In this document: positions 39,785 to 50,398 of the stretch, one piece after another
How positions within the stretch are numbered: the first letter of the stretch is position 1
How the letters are laid out: each line of letters opens with the position of its first letter
Assembly: GCF_026626665.1 (NCBI RefSeq)
Contig: NZ_JAPNKE010000002.1
Span: 1,485,204-1,549,203 of the forward strand
Length of the DNA: 64,000 nt
Source: Nannocystis pusilla
GTDB lineage: Bacteria > Myxococcota_A > Polyangia > Nannocystales > Nannocystaceae
Reading direction: 5' to 3'
Position numbers and translations under genes: made by a program
Notes under the pieces: model-generated
Seen by the model: the letters and a program-made list of their open reading frames with translations, nothing else
The model's database searches: none
Told to the model about the DNA's origin: nothing

Positions 39785-41433
39785 ATGGGTATCATCGCGC
39801 CGATGTCGAGCTCTCGCCGCTCCTTCCTCGCGCTCACGGGGCTCTGTGGGGCCGAGGCGCTGCTCCACGGCCCGCGCGCGGCATCGGCCGGACAGCAGCC
39901 GAGCCGGATCCCGGCGCCGAAGTCGGCGCCCGCGAGCGCAGACGCGGGCATGGCCCTGCTGGCGGCGAGCCGCTTGCTGGCCGACGAGTCGCTGCTGCGC
40001 ACGGCGCTCGCGGCGGCGACGAAGGCCGGGGCGAGCTACGCCGACGCGCGCCTGGTGCTGATGCGCCGCGAGCGGGTCGGGGTGCGCGACGACCACGTGA
40101 GCGGGATCGGTCGCAGCGAGGACTACGGGGTCGGTCTGCGGGTGATCGCGGACGGCGGCTGGGGCTTCGCGGCGACGGCCGAGCGCAGCGCGAAGGCGGT
40201 CGAGGGGATCGCCAGGGCGGCGGTGGCGATGGCCCGCCAGAGCGCGCTGCTGATGCCGCAGCCGGTGACCCTGGCGCCGGCGCCGGTGCTGCAGGGCGGC
40301 TGGGTGTCGCCGTTCCAGGTCGACCCGTTCTCGATCGCGCCGGCCGAGAAGGCGGAGCTGCTGCTGGCGGCGGCCCGCGCGGCGCTGGCGGTGCCCGGGG
40401 TGGCGCACGTGGACGCGAGCGTGGCGTGCGTGCGCGAGGAGAAGCTGGTGATGACGAGCGAGGGCTCGCGGGTCCACCAGATCTTCTTCCGCGTGATTCC
40501 GGGGCTGACCACGACGGCGATCGATCGCCGGCGCGGTCGCTTCGCGGGGCGCGACCACGAGGTGGCGCCGATGCTGGCGGGCTGGGAGCACGTGACCGCG
40601 GCCGACCTGGTCGGCAGCGCGCCGAAGATCGCCGAGGAGGCGCTGCAGAAGCTGCACGCGGCGCCGGCGGTGCCGGGCAAGAAGCACGCGATCCTGGCGC
40701 CGTCGAACCTGTGGCTGACGATCCACGAGAGCATCGGCCACTCGACGGAGCTCGACCGGGCGCTCGGCTACGAGGCGAACTACGCCGGGACGAGCTTCCT
40801 CGGGCCCGACAAGGCGGGCAAGGTCAAGATCGGCAGCGAGATCGTGAACCTGGCGGCCGACCGCACGCAGCCGGGCGGTCTGGCGACGACCGCGTGGGAC
40901 GACGAGGCGGTGGCGTCGCAGCGCTGGGACCTGGTGAAGAAGGGGACGTTCGTCGGCTGGCAGACGACGCGCGACCTGGCGGCGGCGGCCGGCGAGCCGG
41001 CGAGCCGCGGCTGCAGCTACGCCGACAGCTACGCGAGCGTGCCGTTCCAGCGCATGCCCAACGTGAGCCTGCAGCCGGGCACCGAGGGCTACACGACGGA
41101 GGATCTGATCGCGGCGACCGACGACGGGGTGCTGATCACGGGCCGCGGCAGCTGGTCGATCGATCAGCAGCGCTACAACTTCCAGTTCTCGGGCCAGTTC
41201 TTCTGGGAGATCAAGCACGGGCGGTTGACGCGGCCGCTGCGAGACGTGGCGTATCAGGCCAACACGGTCGAATCTGGAGCTCGTGTGACATGCTCGGAGG
41301 GACAGACACGTACCGCCTCGGCGGCAGCATGAGCGACGGCAAGGGCGAGCCGTCGCAGAGCAACGCGGTGAGCCACGGGTGCCCGCCGGCGCGCTTCGTC
41401 GTCAACATCCTCAACACCGGGGGTGACAAGTGA
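39785..41433 (+). CDS. tldD: TldD family metallopeptidase with a Tat signal; apparent frameshift near 41265
   Basis: Tat motif SRRSFLALTG. TldD family similarity through …FQFSGQFFWEIKHGRLTRPLRDV. The conserved C-terminus (…SSCDMLGGTD…GSMSDGKGEPSQSN…PARFVVNILNTGG) lies in a second frame ending at 41433. Confidence 0.7.
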
Positions 41434-42779
41434 GCGCGCAGTCGCCGTTGAGCCCGACCGAGGCGCGGGCGTTGGTCAAGTCGGCGCTGGCCGCCGCGAG
41501 CTTCGAGGACGTGAGCCTGCGAGTGACGGCGCGGCGCACGGCGTACCTGCGGTTCGCCGCGGGGGCGCCGACGACGTCGGGCGAGGCGGCCCGCTTCGAG
41601 GTGTCGGTGACGGCGGCGAAGGACGGGCGGGTGGCGACGGTGTCCGGCACCGGGCGCGACGCGGCGTCGCTGCAGGCGCTGGTGCGCGAGGCGGAGGCGC
41701 TGGCCAAGCTGGCGCCGAAGGACCCGGAGCACGAGCCGCCGCTGGGGCCGCAGCAGTACGCGAAGGTGGCGGCCCGCGACGCGAAGACGGCGGAGGTCGG
41801 GCCCGAGGGGCGCACCGAGGTGGTGGCGCGGGTGCTGAAGGTGGCGCGCGAGGCCAAGCTGGTGGCGTCGGGGATCGTCGAGCACGAGGACGGGGTGACG
41901 GTCCTGGCCAATCGGACAGGTCTGTTCGCGCTCCACGCGGCGACCGAGGCGTCGCTGACGACGACGATGCGCACGCCCGACGGCAAGGGCAGCGGCTGGG
42001 CCGGCGGGGCGTCGCACCGCCTGGCCGAGCTCGACGCGCAGGCGCTGGCGCGGCGGGCGGCCGACAAGGCGACGATGTCGAGCCAGGGCGCGGACGCGCT
42101 GGCGCCGGGGGCGTACACCGTGGTGCTCGAGGCGCAGGCGGTGGCCGACCTGCTCGGCTTCCTGGTGTCGGCGCTGCAGGCCCGCGCGGCCGACGAGGGC
42201 CGCAGCTTCTTCAGCCGCCCGGGCGGCAACGCGATCGGCGAGGCGCTGTTCGACCCGCGGGTGACGCTGCGCTCCGACCCGGCCGACCCGCGCTGGCCGT
42301 CGATCCCGTTCGCGGGCGACGGGCTGCCGCTGCCGGCGACGACGTGGATCGAGCGCGGGACGCTGAAGGCGCTGGCGTACAGCCGGTTCTGGGCCCACAA
42401 GCAGAGCAAGCCGCCGCTGCCGGGGCCGCGCTCGATCTTCCTCGCGCCCGCGGACCCGGCCGAGGGCAAGGACCTGCTCGAGCTGGTCCGCGGGGTCGAG
42501 CGCGGGGTGCTGGTGACGCGCTTCTTCTACAACCGCATGCTCGACCCGCGGCAGATCCTGGCGACCGGGCTGACCCGCGACGGCACGTTCCTCATCGAGC
42601 AGGGGAAGATCGCGCGGCCGGTCAAGAACATGCGCTACAACGAGAGCCCGGCGGCGCTGCTGAAGAACCTGGTGGCGATCGGCAAGCCGGAGCGCACGGC
42701 CGGCGACGGGATGGTCGCAGTGGTGCCGCCGCTGGTGGCGAAGGACTTCCACTTCGCCAGCGTCAGCGACGCCGTGTGA
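41430..42779 (+). CDS. pmbA: PmbA/TldE family metallopeptidase
   Basis: GTG start overlaps the tldD stop (GTGA). 449-aa ORF of the PmbA/TldD superfamily, the typical partner gene. Confidence 0.75.
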   Translation: MSAQSPLSPTEARALVKSALAAASFEDVSLRVTARRTAYLRFAAGAPTTSGEAARFEVSVTAAKDGRVATVSGTGRDAASLQALVREAEALAKLAPKDPEHEPPLGPQQYAKVAARDAKTAEVGPEGRTEVVARVLKVAREAKLVASGIVEHEDGVTVLANRTGLFALHAATEASLTTTMRTPDGKGSGWAGGASHRLAELDAQALARRAADKATMSSQGADALAPGAYTVVLEAQAVADLLGFLVSALQARAADEGRSFFSRPGGNAIGEALFDPRVTLRSDPADPRWPSIPFAGDGLPLPATTWIERGTLKALAYSRFWAHKQSKPPLPGPRSIFLAPADPAEGKDLLELVRGVERGVLVTRFFYNRMLDPRQILATGLTRDGTFLIEQGKIARPVKNMRYNESPAALLKNLVAIGKPERTAGDGMVAVVPPLVAKDFHFASVSDAV

Positions 42780-42781
42780 TA

Positions 42782-42860
42782 TTGGATGTCCCCGGCGACA
42801 TGTCGTCGGGGACATGTCTTCTGGGGCATGGCCGAGCGGGCATGTTCCCAGGGACCGGTG
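42782..42860. repeat. 14-bp periodic repeat array, 5-6 units
   Basis: ttggatgtccccggcgacatgtcgtcggggacatgtcttctggggcatggccgagcgggcatgttcccagggacc. Confidence 0.75.
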
Positions 42861-42893
42861 ACGGGCGGGCGCCGGTGAGGTACTCTGGGCGGG

Positions 42894-43088
42894 ATGGTCG
42901 TCGCCGCGCTGGTCTCGGTCGCCCTGCTGCTGCAGCCGCCGGCGGGCCTGGACCGGCAGGGCCTCGGGGTGATCGTGTCGCTGCTGCTGGTCTCGAGCGC
43001 GCTGTTCCTCACGGCGTCGATCGCGGCGATGCGGCTCAAGCGGAAGCGGGTGCAGTGCGATCCGGGCGGCTGCGCGCTGCGGTTCTGA
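42894..43088 (+). CDS. small hypothetical membrane protein (64 aa)
   Basis: Two hydrophobic helices. Could be spurious. Confidence 0.2.
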   Translation: MVVAALVSVALLLQPPAGLDRQGLGVIVSLLLVSSALFLTASIAAMRLKRKRVQCDPGGCALRF

Positions 43089-43147
43089 GGGTTGGTCGCG
43101 TCGGGCTCGCGGGGGCGCTCGCGGCTCCGTGGTAGCGTCGAAGGACC

Positions 43148-43636
43148 ATGATCGCGTTCTCGATGCGCAGCCTGGTGGTCGAAGGTCAGCTCGGCGGCGT
43201 GCGACCGGGCGACGACCGGGGCACCGTCCTCGAGCGGCTCGGCCCGCCCAGCGAGCGCATGGCCAGCGGCGGCGGCACCGAGGTCTGGCGCTACGGCAAC
43301 TTCGAGCTGTTTTTCGACCAGGACCTCGTCTACACGCTCTATCACGACTATCTGATCCAGCTCGAGGCCGACGGGGAGCGCGAGGTCGAGGCGTGGATCC
43401 TCGGCGGCGCGGAGGCGCCCGATTACGACCAGGTCGTCGCGCGACTCACCGCCGAGCAGGTGGCCTTCGTCGCCGGACGGGACCGCGAGGGGCGTCGCAT
43501 GCTGGCGATCCCGGGCGGCGCCCGCCTGCTGTTCGAGGTCGACGAGGACACCGGGGTGGAGGCGTGGACCATGATCGCGGTGGACCACCCGGATTATTCG
43601 TGGGGGAAGTTCACGCCCGACGGGCCCGGCGCGTGA
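43148..43636 (+). CDS. hypothetical protein
   Basis: 162-aa non-repetitive ORF with balanced composition. No domain recognised. Confidence 0.45.
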   Translation: MIAFSMRSLVVEGQLGGVRPGDDRGTVLERLGPPSERMASGGGTEVWRYGNFELFFDQDLVYTLYHDYLIQLEADGEREVEAWILGGAEAPDYDQVVARLTAEQVAFVAGRDREGRRMLAIPGGARLLFEVDEDTGVEAWTMIAVDHPDYSWGKFTPDGPGA

Positions 43637-43647
43637 AAGCGGGCGCG

Positions 43648-43690
43648 GGGATGTCCCCGGGGACAGGTCAGACGCGGTGGGGCATGACGA
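43648..43690. repeat. 14-bp periodic repeat array, 2-3 units
   Basis: gggatgtccccggggacaggtcagacgcggtggggcatgac. Confidence 0.5.
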
Positions 43691-44072
43691 CGCGGATCCG
43701 CAGGGCCCCGGAGTCGTCGCGGCGGAGGGCGTAGGTCGAGCGCTCGAGGCCGACCTCGCGGCCGTCGCGGTCGATGTAGGGCCAGGCCACGCGGACGAGG
43801 ACCACGCGGTCGCCGACCCACTCGCGCGACTCGACCTCGGGGCGCGTCATCGTCACGCCGCGCTCGAGGTACTGCGCCCGCGCGCCGGCGAAGAAGCGCT
43901 CGATCTCCTCGCGCCGGGCGACGGCCTGCGCCCCGGAGTCCGCCAGCACGAAGGCCGGGGTCTCGTACAGCGTCGCCACCGTGAGGGCGTCGCCTTCCAC
44001 CAGCGCGCGCCCGAGGAGGTGCAAGAACGCGTCGACCTCGCGGTCACGCTCGGGGTTCGTCGGTGCCGTCAT
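43668..44072 (-). CDS. NTF2-like / SnoaL-like (DUF4440-type) protein
   Basis: Starts at MTAPTNPERDREVDAFLHLLGRALVEGD…, typical of the NTF2-like fold. The upstream 104 aa of the ORF are low complexity. Confidence 0.45.
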   Translation of the reverse strand: MTAPTNPERDREVDAFLHLLGRALVEGDALTVATLYETPAFVLADSGAQAVARREEIERFFAGARAQYLERGVTMTRPEVESREWVGDRVVLVRVAWPYIDRDGREVGLERSTYALRRDDSGALRIRVVMPHRV

Positions 44073-44373
44073 GCTCGAGGCATTGAGTGGGCCGCCGGAC
44101 CGGGCAAGCGGCCGCTGGCTCGCACGCCGGCGAGAGCGGCGGTCGGGGCCCGAGGAGCGGGTTTCGCGGCGCTGAGCGCAAGAGGCGCGACCGGCCCGGC
44201 GAGCGCGGCGCAGGGGCTTGGGGGCGGCATCGGGCGCTGCGGACAGTTGACCGCCAGCGGCCGCGGCCGCCGGGGCGATCCGCGAGATTTCAACGATGTC
44301 CTGAAGGACAGGTGAGTTCGGCTGCGCTCGAGGTGCGGCTGCGAGGGCACGGACAGCAGACTCGTACGCGCTC

Positions 44374-45738
44374 TCATGGGTCACGCACGGCGATGGTGCG
44401 CGCGAGGTGTTCCGACGCTTCGCGTCGCTTCATGGAAGTCACCGATGGGCCGCTTGAGTGGAGCGGTCCCGCGAGGGGCTCGGCAGCCGGAGCGCGGCGC
44501 GTAGAGCCAGCGGGCGCGCGCGGCGGTCTGCGGCGATCTTGCGGCCCGGATCGCGCGCGTTCGGAGCTCAGCGCGGCGCGTCGTCGGGGCAGACGAAGCG
44601 CTCGAAGCGGCGGGCGAGCACCGAGTCGGGCAGGCGCGCGGCCAGGCGCTGGGCGGCGGCCGCGGCGTCGGCGAGGCGGCCTTGCAGGCACAGGAGCTCG
44701 ACCCCGGCGGCCTCGCGGGCGTCGAGGAGGGCGCCGCGCGGGAACTGGCGCGCGTGGGCGTCGAGGACGGGCGGCGCCCGCCGGGTCGCGGGCGTCGAGG
44801 CGGGCGCGGGCGCGGTCGAGGAGGCCGACCTCGCGTGCGAGGTCGTCGCGGGCGGGCGGGAGCGCGGCTGTCTCGCGAGACATGTCGGAAAGCGGAGGCG
44901 AGGCCGTCTCCCGCGAGATGTCGGCGGGCGGGAGCGTGGCTGTCTCTCGGGACAGGCCTCCGGCCGCGCGGGCGCTGGCTGTCCTCGCGGACAGGTCCTC
45001 GACCTGCGCGGCGGCCCGGCCCGGGGCCTGGCGGGGGGCGACCGCGACGACGGTGGTCGCGCCGGCGACGACGAGGGTGGTCATGACGCCGGCGCGCGCG
45101 GTGGTCCAGGCGGCGGCCACCGTGGCGAGCTTGCCGTGGCCGAACAGCGGGACCATCACGGCCCAGGTGCGCGAGGCGGCGTCGGCCGGGGGTGCCTCGC
45201 GGCGGCGAGTTTCGGCGACCTCGGCGGCCAGCAGCTCGGGGCTGGCGGCCAGCTCGAGCAGGCGGGCGCGCGCGAGGCGGAGCCGCGAGTAGACGGTGTT
45301 GAGCGGCAGCTCGAGCTCGGCGGCGATCTCGGGGCCGCTCATGCCGAGCAGCTCGGTCAGCTCCCACACCTCGCGGGTGCCGCGAGGCAGGCCGGCGAGC
45401 AGGCGCTCGAGCAGGCGGGCGGCGTCGTGGCGCTCCTGCGGGGCCTCGCCGACGTGGCCGGTGAGGTCGCCGAGGGCGGCGATCCGGCGGGTCCGGCGGG
45501 CGACGCCGCGGTGCCAGTGCGAGGCGACGCGGCGGGTGACGCCGTACAGCCAGGCGCGCGCCGAGACCTGGTAGTGGACCTGGTCGAAGCGGCGGTAGGC
45601 GGTGAGGAAGACGTCCTGGACCACGTCGTCGCGGGCGGCCGCGGGGACGCCGAAGTGCTTCGCGGCCGACCACACGAATTGGAACTCTCGGTCGTAGATG
45701 GCGCGAAAGCGCGCTTCGCGGTCGGAGGCGAGCAGCAT
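44374..45738 (-). CDS. ECF sigma factor with a C-terminal TM and anti-sigma-like extension (extent uncertain)
   Basis: ATG at 45738 (MLLASDREARFRAIYDREFQFVWSAAKHFGV…). Region 2 VVQDVFLTAYRRF and region 4 LTELLGMSGPEIAAELELPLNTVYSRLRLAR are present. A TM helix VMTTLVVAGATTVVAVA follows. A 14-bp repeat array is translated in-frame (…SRETATLPP…) and the tail is Arg/Pro-rich, so the true C-terminus is unclear. Confidence 0.55.
   Translation of the reverse strand: MLLASDREARFRAIYDREFQFVWSAAKHFGVPAAARDDVVQDVFLTAYRRFDQVHYQVSARAWLYGVTRRVASHWHRGVARRTRRIAALGDLTGHVGEAPQERHDAARLLERLLAGLPRGTREVWELTELLGMSGPEIAAELELPLNTVYSRLRLARARLLELAASPELLAAEVAETRRREAPPADAASRTWAVMVPLFGHGKLATVAAAWTTARAGVMTTLVVAGATTVVAVAPRQAPGRAAAQVEDLSARTASARAAGGLSRETATLPPADISRETASPPLSDMSRETAALPPARDDLAREVGLLDRARARLDARDPAGAARPRRPRAPVPARRPPRRPRGRRGRAPVPARPPRRRRGRRPAPGRAPARLGARPPLRALRLPRRRAALSSERARSGPQDRRRPPRAPAGSTRRAPAAEPLAGPLHSSGPSVTSMKRREASEHLARTIAVRDP
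44865..45010. repeat. 14-bp periodic repeat array, about 10 degenerate units, inside the sigma/anti-sigma ORF
   Basis: ggctgtctcgcgagacatgtcggaaagcggaggcgaggccgtctcccgcgagatgtcggcgggcgggagcgtggctgtctctcgggacaggcctcc…gtcctcgcggacaggtcctcg. Confidence 0.55.
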
Positions 45739-45776
45739 GGGGCCGTGGGGGCTGTCCCCGACCGAGACGGTTTCCG

Positions 45777-46851
45777 TCACCGCGGGTCTCCGAGGCGCAA
45801 TTCGAGGCCGAGGAGCAGGCGCAGGCTCGCAGGCGCGCTGGTGAACAGGTTGACCGGCTCCGGGGTGTCCGCGAGGTCGAAGCTCGGGGCGGCCAGGCGG
45901 ACGAGGCCCTGGGCGGCCAGGCTGAGGCCGAGGAGCCGGTGAAACCGCCAGGTGGCGCCGGCCGAGACGAGCACCGCCGCCCACAGCCCGGTGGCCGCCC
46001 GCGCGCCCGGACCGCGACCCTGGCCGCGCAGGCCGCCGAGCTCGGCGCCGCCGCACAGCGGGAACTCGAAGCGGCCGCGGGCCAGGCGAGCGCAGCCGCG
46101 AGCGCCGCCGCCGAGCAGGTAGACGCGGACCTGGTTGGGCAGGCGCGCCTCGGTCTGCGGGACGAGGTGGACGCCGTGGAACTCGAGGCGAGCGCGGCGC
46201 CAGAGGACGCCGGCGACGAGCTCGAGCGCGGCGGTCGGCGCGGGGACGGTGCCGACCTCGAAGCCGGCCGAGACGCAGCAGCGCGCCAGGGCCTCGCTTG
46301 CGCGGGGGCGGGGCCGGGGCGAGCGGCTCGTCGGCGGTGAGAACGGCGGGCTCGGGCGCGGGCGCGGGCGACTGGACCGGGGCGACGGGGTCGTCGACGA
46401 CGGACTCGGGGGCGAGCGCGAGGGGCGGGGCGGGTTCGGGGCCGGGGCTCGGCTCGGTCGGCGGCTCCGGGTCGGTCGGCAGGGGCTCGAGCTCCGGCTC
46501 GACCTGATCGGTCGACCGCTCGGCGGCGGTGGGATCGAGCGCGAGGGCGGTCAGGAGCGCGGCAGCGTCGACCAGGGCGGCGCAGCGGCGAGCGCTGAGG
46601 CGCCGGGTCTGGGCGTGGCCGCCGACGGCGAGGCGCAGGTCGAGGTGGTACTGCGCAGCGCCGTCCCGCTCGACCCGCCCGACCAGAGAGAGCTCGTCGG
46701 CTGCGGGCTCACGGCCGAGGCGGCCGGCGATCGCCACGGCCAGCGCGCGGCGATCGGGGCAGCCCGCCGGCGCCTGCCACTCGATCGCGCCGGCAGACGG
46801 GGGCTGGGGCACCTGGAACGCGAGCACTGCGGCGAGGAGCGCGGACGGCAT
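45777..46851 (-). CDS. hypothetical secreted or outer-membrane protein (probable frameshift)
   Basis: The N-terminal frame (from 46851) has a signal-like start MPSALLAAVLAF… and a Pro/Glu-rich linker. The C-terminal frame ending at 45777 shows alternating hydrophobic beta-strand-like segments (…FEFPLCGG…TWRFHRLLGLSLAA…LGLELRLG). Confidence 0.3.
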
Positions 46852-46946
46852 CGTCGGACCGATCCATCCTAGCGCAGACCGGCGCGGGTCGGAGCCGTCC
46901 GCGCACGGTGCGCTCGGGCCCGCCGCCGCGCGCGGTCGCCCGGCGC

Positions 46947-47010
46947 CGGGACATCATATGACTGCGAGGACATGTCGTGAGAGACATGTCCTCGCAGCCA
47001 TGCATGAGCC
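46947..47010. repeat. 14-bp periodic repeat array, 4-5 units
   Basis: gactgcgaggacatgtcgtgagagacatgtcctcgcagccatgcatgagcc. Confidence 0.65.
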
Positions 47011-47020
47011 GGGTCGCGGG

Positions 47021-49620
47021 TCAGGGCGGGGGCAGGTCGTTGCCCTCGAGGTTGAGGAAGGTGCGGATCGGCTTCGGGCTGCCGGCGGCGCCGACGGCGG
47101 GGATCTCGAGGCCGTCTCCCGCGAGCAGATCCTCGTCGCTGCGGCCGTCGTCGGGCTTGTCGTCGTCGACGTAGTCGAGGCCGTTGGGGACGAACAGCTG
47201 CGGGTGGTCGAACGGGGCCCGCTGATAGACGACGTTCGGGTCGGTGAGCGACTGCAGGAACAGCACGAGGTCCTTGCGCTGCTGCTCGTCGAGGTCGAGG
47301 AAGGTGATGTCGGGGTCGAGCTCGCGGTTGCGGTGGAAGTCGCCGCCGCGGTTGTAGAACTCGACGACCTGCTCGAGGGTCGACATGCCGCCGTTGTGCA
47401 TGTACGGGGCCGTGAGCTGGACGTTGCGCAGGGTCGGGGTCTTGAAGGCGCCGTTCACGGCGGTGCGCAGGTTCTGGATGAAGCGCTTGTTGGCGGCGTT
47501 GTTCTTCGGCTCGCCGGTCGGGGTCTTGAGCTTGTCCTTGCAGTCGGTCTTGTCCCTGAAGCCGCCGGGGAACAGCGGGCCGTCGACGACGATGTTCCAC
47601 GGGACGTCGAAGCTGCACGGGTCGACCTTGAACGGGTCGGGCGCGTCCTTGCCGAGCAGCATCTGCACGTACTGCTCGGTGAACGACAGCGGGAAGCCGA
47701 ACGGGTCCTCGCCGCCGACGCCGATGTCCTCGGCGGTCGGCCGCACGCCGATGTTGTAGAAGCCGTTGTCGTAGAGGGCCGGCTGGCGCAGCTCGACGAG
47801 GGTGCTGGGGCCCTGGCCGACGAAGGCGAGGGTGCCCTCGTCGTCGTAGACGAGGACGAAGTCGAGCCAGGCGTTGGCGACCTTGACGTCGTCGAGCACG
47901 GAGATCCGCAGCGCCGAGGGGCAACCCTTGCCGTCGATCCGCTTGACGTCGATGCGGGCGTCGCGGGTGGCGGAGTCGTCGGCGCCGAAGGTCATGGTCT
48001 CGGGCTTGTAGGTGCAGCTGGCGTCGTCGTCGACCTTGCTGAGGACGATCTGGCCGACGGCCTTGCCGGGGACGATGTCGTCCTTCTTGGCGGTGGGGGT
48101 GGCCTCGACGTCGATCGAGAGGCTGCGCTGGCCCTTGCCGGGCTTCCACTGCGAGAACGGCAGGACCTTGAAGGGCGGGCCTGTGCGCACGCCGTAGTGG
48201 TAGTGCTCCTCGGTCATCAGCATGCGCTCGACCAGGCCGTCCTCCTCCTCCTCGTCGATGAGGTGCAGGGTCGAGGCGCCGGTGAACATGGCGGTCTTGT
48301 GGCAGTTGACGCACTTGCCCTGGTTGAGGAAGACGTCGAAGCCGGCGAGCTCGCGCTTGCCGAGCGCCTTGGGGTCGCGGCCGTCGCGGTACTTGTCGAA
48401 CGGGCTGTCGTCGGAGACGAGGGTGCGCTCGTAGGCCTGGATGGCGAGGCCCCAGAACAGGCTGAAGTTGATCTCCATGAGGCTGAAGCGCTGGTCGGCC
48501 GGGACGGAGTTCGGGTTCTTGAGCAGGTTCTTGCCGGCGTCGAACCATAGGTCCGACTGCCACAGCTTGGCGGCGAAGGCGGTCTCGATCAGCTGCTTGT
48601 AAGTGGTCTCCAGGCCCTTGTTCGGCGCCGCCAGCGGGCCGAGCACGGAATCGTCGGGGTGGACCTTCTGGAACGCGAGCGGGACCGTGGGCGCGCGCAC
48701 CAGCTTGCGGCCGACGTCGGGCAGCGTCCGCCCCTGGCACGATGCCTCGAACGGGCTGAGCACCGGACCGACCGCCTGCGAGGCGAGGGAGCCGTTGACG
48801 ATCTCGAGCTTGCGCTCGACCGGCTTGCCGCCCTTGACCTCGAGGATGAAGGCGTCCTTGTTGCGGCGGCCGAACGGGTCGACGCCGTTGAACCAGCGGT
48901 TGGCCCGGCCGTCCCAGAAGTTGCGGAAGTTGAAGGCGGCGTTGATCACGGTCGGGGCGTTGCGCGGCTCGACCCGGCGCACGTTGATGCCGTCGACCTG
49001 AAACGGCGGGTCGGGGACGGTCTCACACTTGTCGTCGAGCGCGCCCGGCTTGACCGCCTCGAAGTCGGCGCGCCGGACGCCCTGGGAGGAGGTGACGTCG
49101 TCGGTGTCGAAGAGGACCTTCGAATCGCGGTCCTTGGGGTCCTTCAAGACGTGGAATGGATAGTCGCCGGCGACGAGCTGCAATTGGGCCCCTGGCCGCC
49201 GGTCCGGGTCGGATCGAACTCGCCGTTGCCGCCGAGCAGGCCCGGCGACAGCTGATTGCGCGAGCGGTTGTCGGCGCCGGCGGCGAAGTGACAGCTGGCA
49301 CAAGCCTGGCCGTCGCTGCCGCTCTGCATGTCCCAAAACAGGGCCTTGCCGAGCGCGATCGCGGCGTCGTTGTCGACGATAAGGTCGGGCTCGACGGGCT
49401 TGCCGGTGATCCTGTCGAACAGCGGCGGGAGCTTCTCCTTGGCCAGAGAGCCGGGTATGCCGTCGTCCGGGGTGTCCGGCTCGTCCGGCGGCGAGCCCGG
49501 GCCGGGGGCCCCGTCGCCGTTCCAGGTGAAGACGAAATCGCATGCCGTCGTCGCCAGAGCGCCGAACCCTATGCCCATGCATGCGAGCGTGGAGAACCAT
49601 CCACACAGACGATTACGCAT
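47021..49620 (-). CDS. large di-heme cytochrome c peroxidase-family lipoprotein; apparent frameshift near 49190
   Basis: The start frame MRNRLCGWFSTLAC… (lipobox) with the first heme motif CASCH ends at 49144. The main frame to 47021 carries the second CxxCH (CVNCHKTAMF). The frame change falls at a GGGGCCC run. Confidence 0.65.
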
Positions 49621-50076
49621 GCTCCGTTCATTCGCGGCGACCGCGGCGAAAGCTGTGATCGCGGCGATGTCGGCTCGGGTCGCCGCGGGTGCCGCCGCAA
49701 GAACGACGTATCGAGTGCCCTCGCGCCCGCCTGACAGAGGGTCAATTGAGACTGCGGCTCCGGCGCCGGAAGGGAACGGTGAATTCGCGGGAAATCAGGC
49801 GATCCGGGCCGATCCGGGCGCAAGGGAGAGGGCAGTGCCCGGGCGCGTCTTTGGGCGTGGATTCGGGGGAAACCCTATCGTATGAGAACGTGGCTCGCTG
49901 CACACGCCGCACGGTCGCGGGTGCGAGCAATCGTCCCAGCGCCGTTCGGGGGCCATCGGCAATGGTGGTACGCCCGTCGGCGCAGACAATTCGCGGCGTG
50001 CTCGCGCGAATGTTACGTCTCGACGGGCGGGTTTTTCGGGACAGGTCCAGGCCGGCCAGCCGATGGCGTTGCGAGG

Positions 50077-50397
50077 TCAGCGGCGCCGGGCGGCGCGCGG
50101 ACGCCATTGATAGGCGCCGAGGTCGATGCGGCCGTCGTCGCCGAACTCGACGCCCTCGGCGACGAGCAGGGCGCGCTGGCGGTCGCCGGAGGGGCCGGAC
50201 AGGCTGATCTCGCCGCGGGCGTTGAGGACCCGCTGCCACGGCACGGGGCTGCCGCCGGGCAAGGCGTGGAGGGCGTAGCCGATCTGGCGGGCGCGCCCGG
50301 GCAGGCCGGCGAGCTCGGCGATCTGCCCGTAGGTGGCGACGCGGCCGCGAGGGATCCGCTGGATGGTGGCGTAGATCCGGGCGTAGTCGGGGTGCAT
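50077..50397 (-). CDS. alkyltransferase-like protein (ATL; MGMT DNA-binding domain without the catalytic Cys)
   Basis: 106 aa. …ATYGQIAEL…VPWQRVLNARGEIS has a PWQRV motif in place of PCHRV, the hallmark of ATL proteins. Confidence 0.6.
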   Translation of the reverse strand: MHPDYARIYATIQRIPRGRVATYGQIAELAGLPGRARQIGYALHALPGGSPVPWQRVLNARGEISLSGPSGDRQRALLVAEGVEFGDDGRIDLGAYQWRPRAARRR

Positions 50398-50398
50398 G

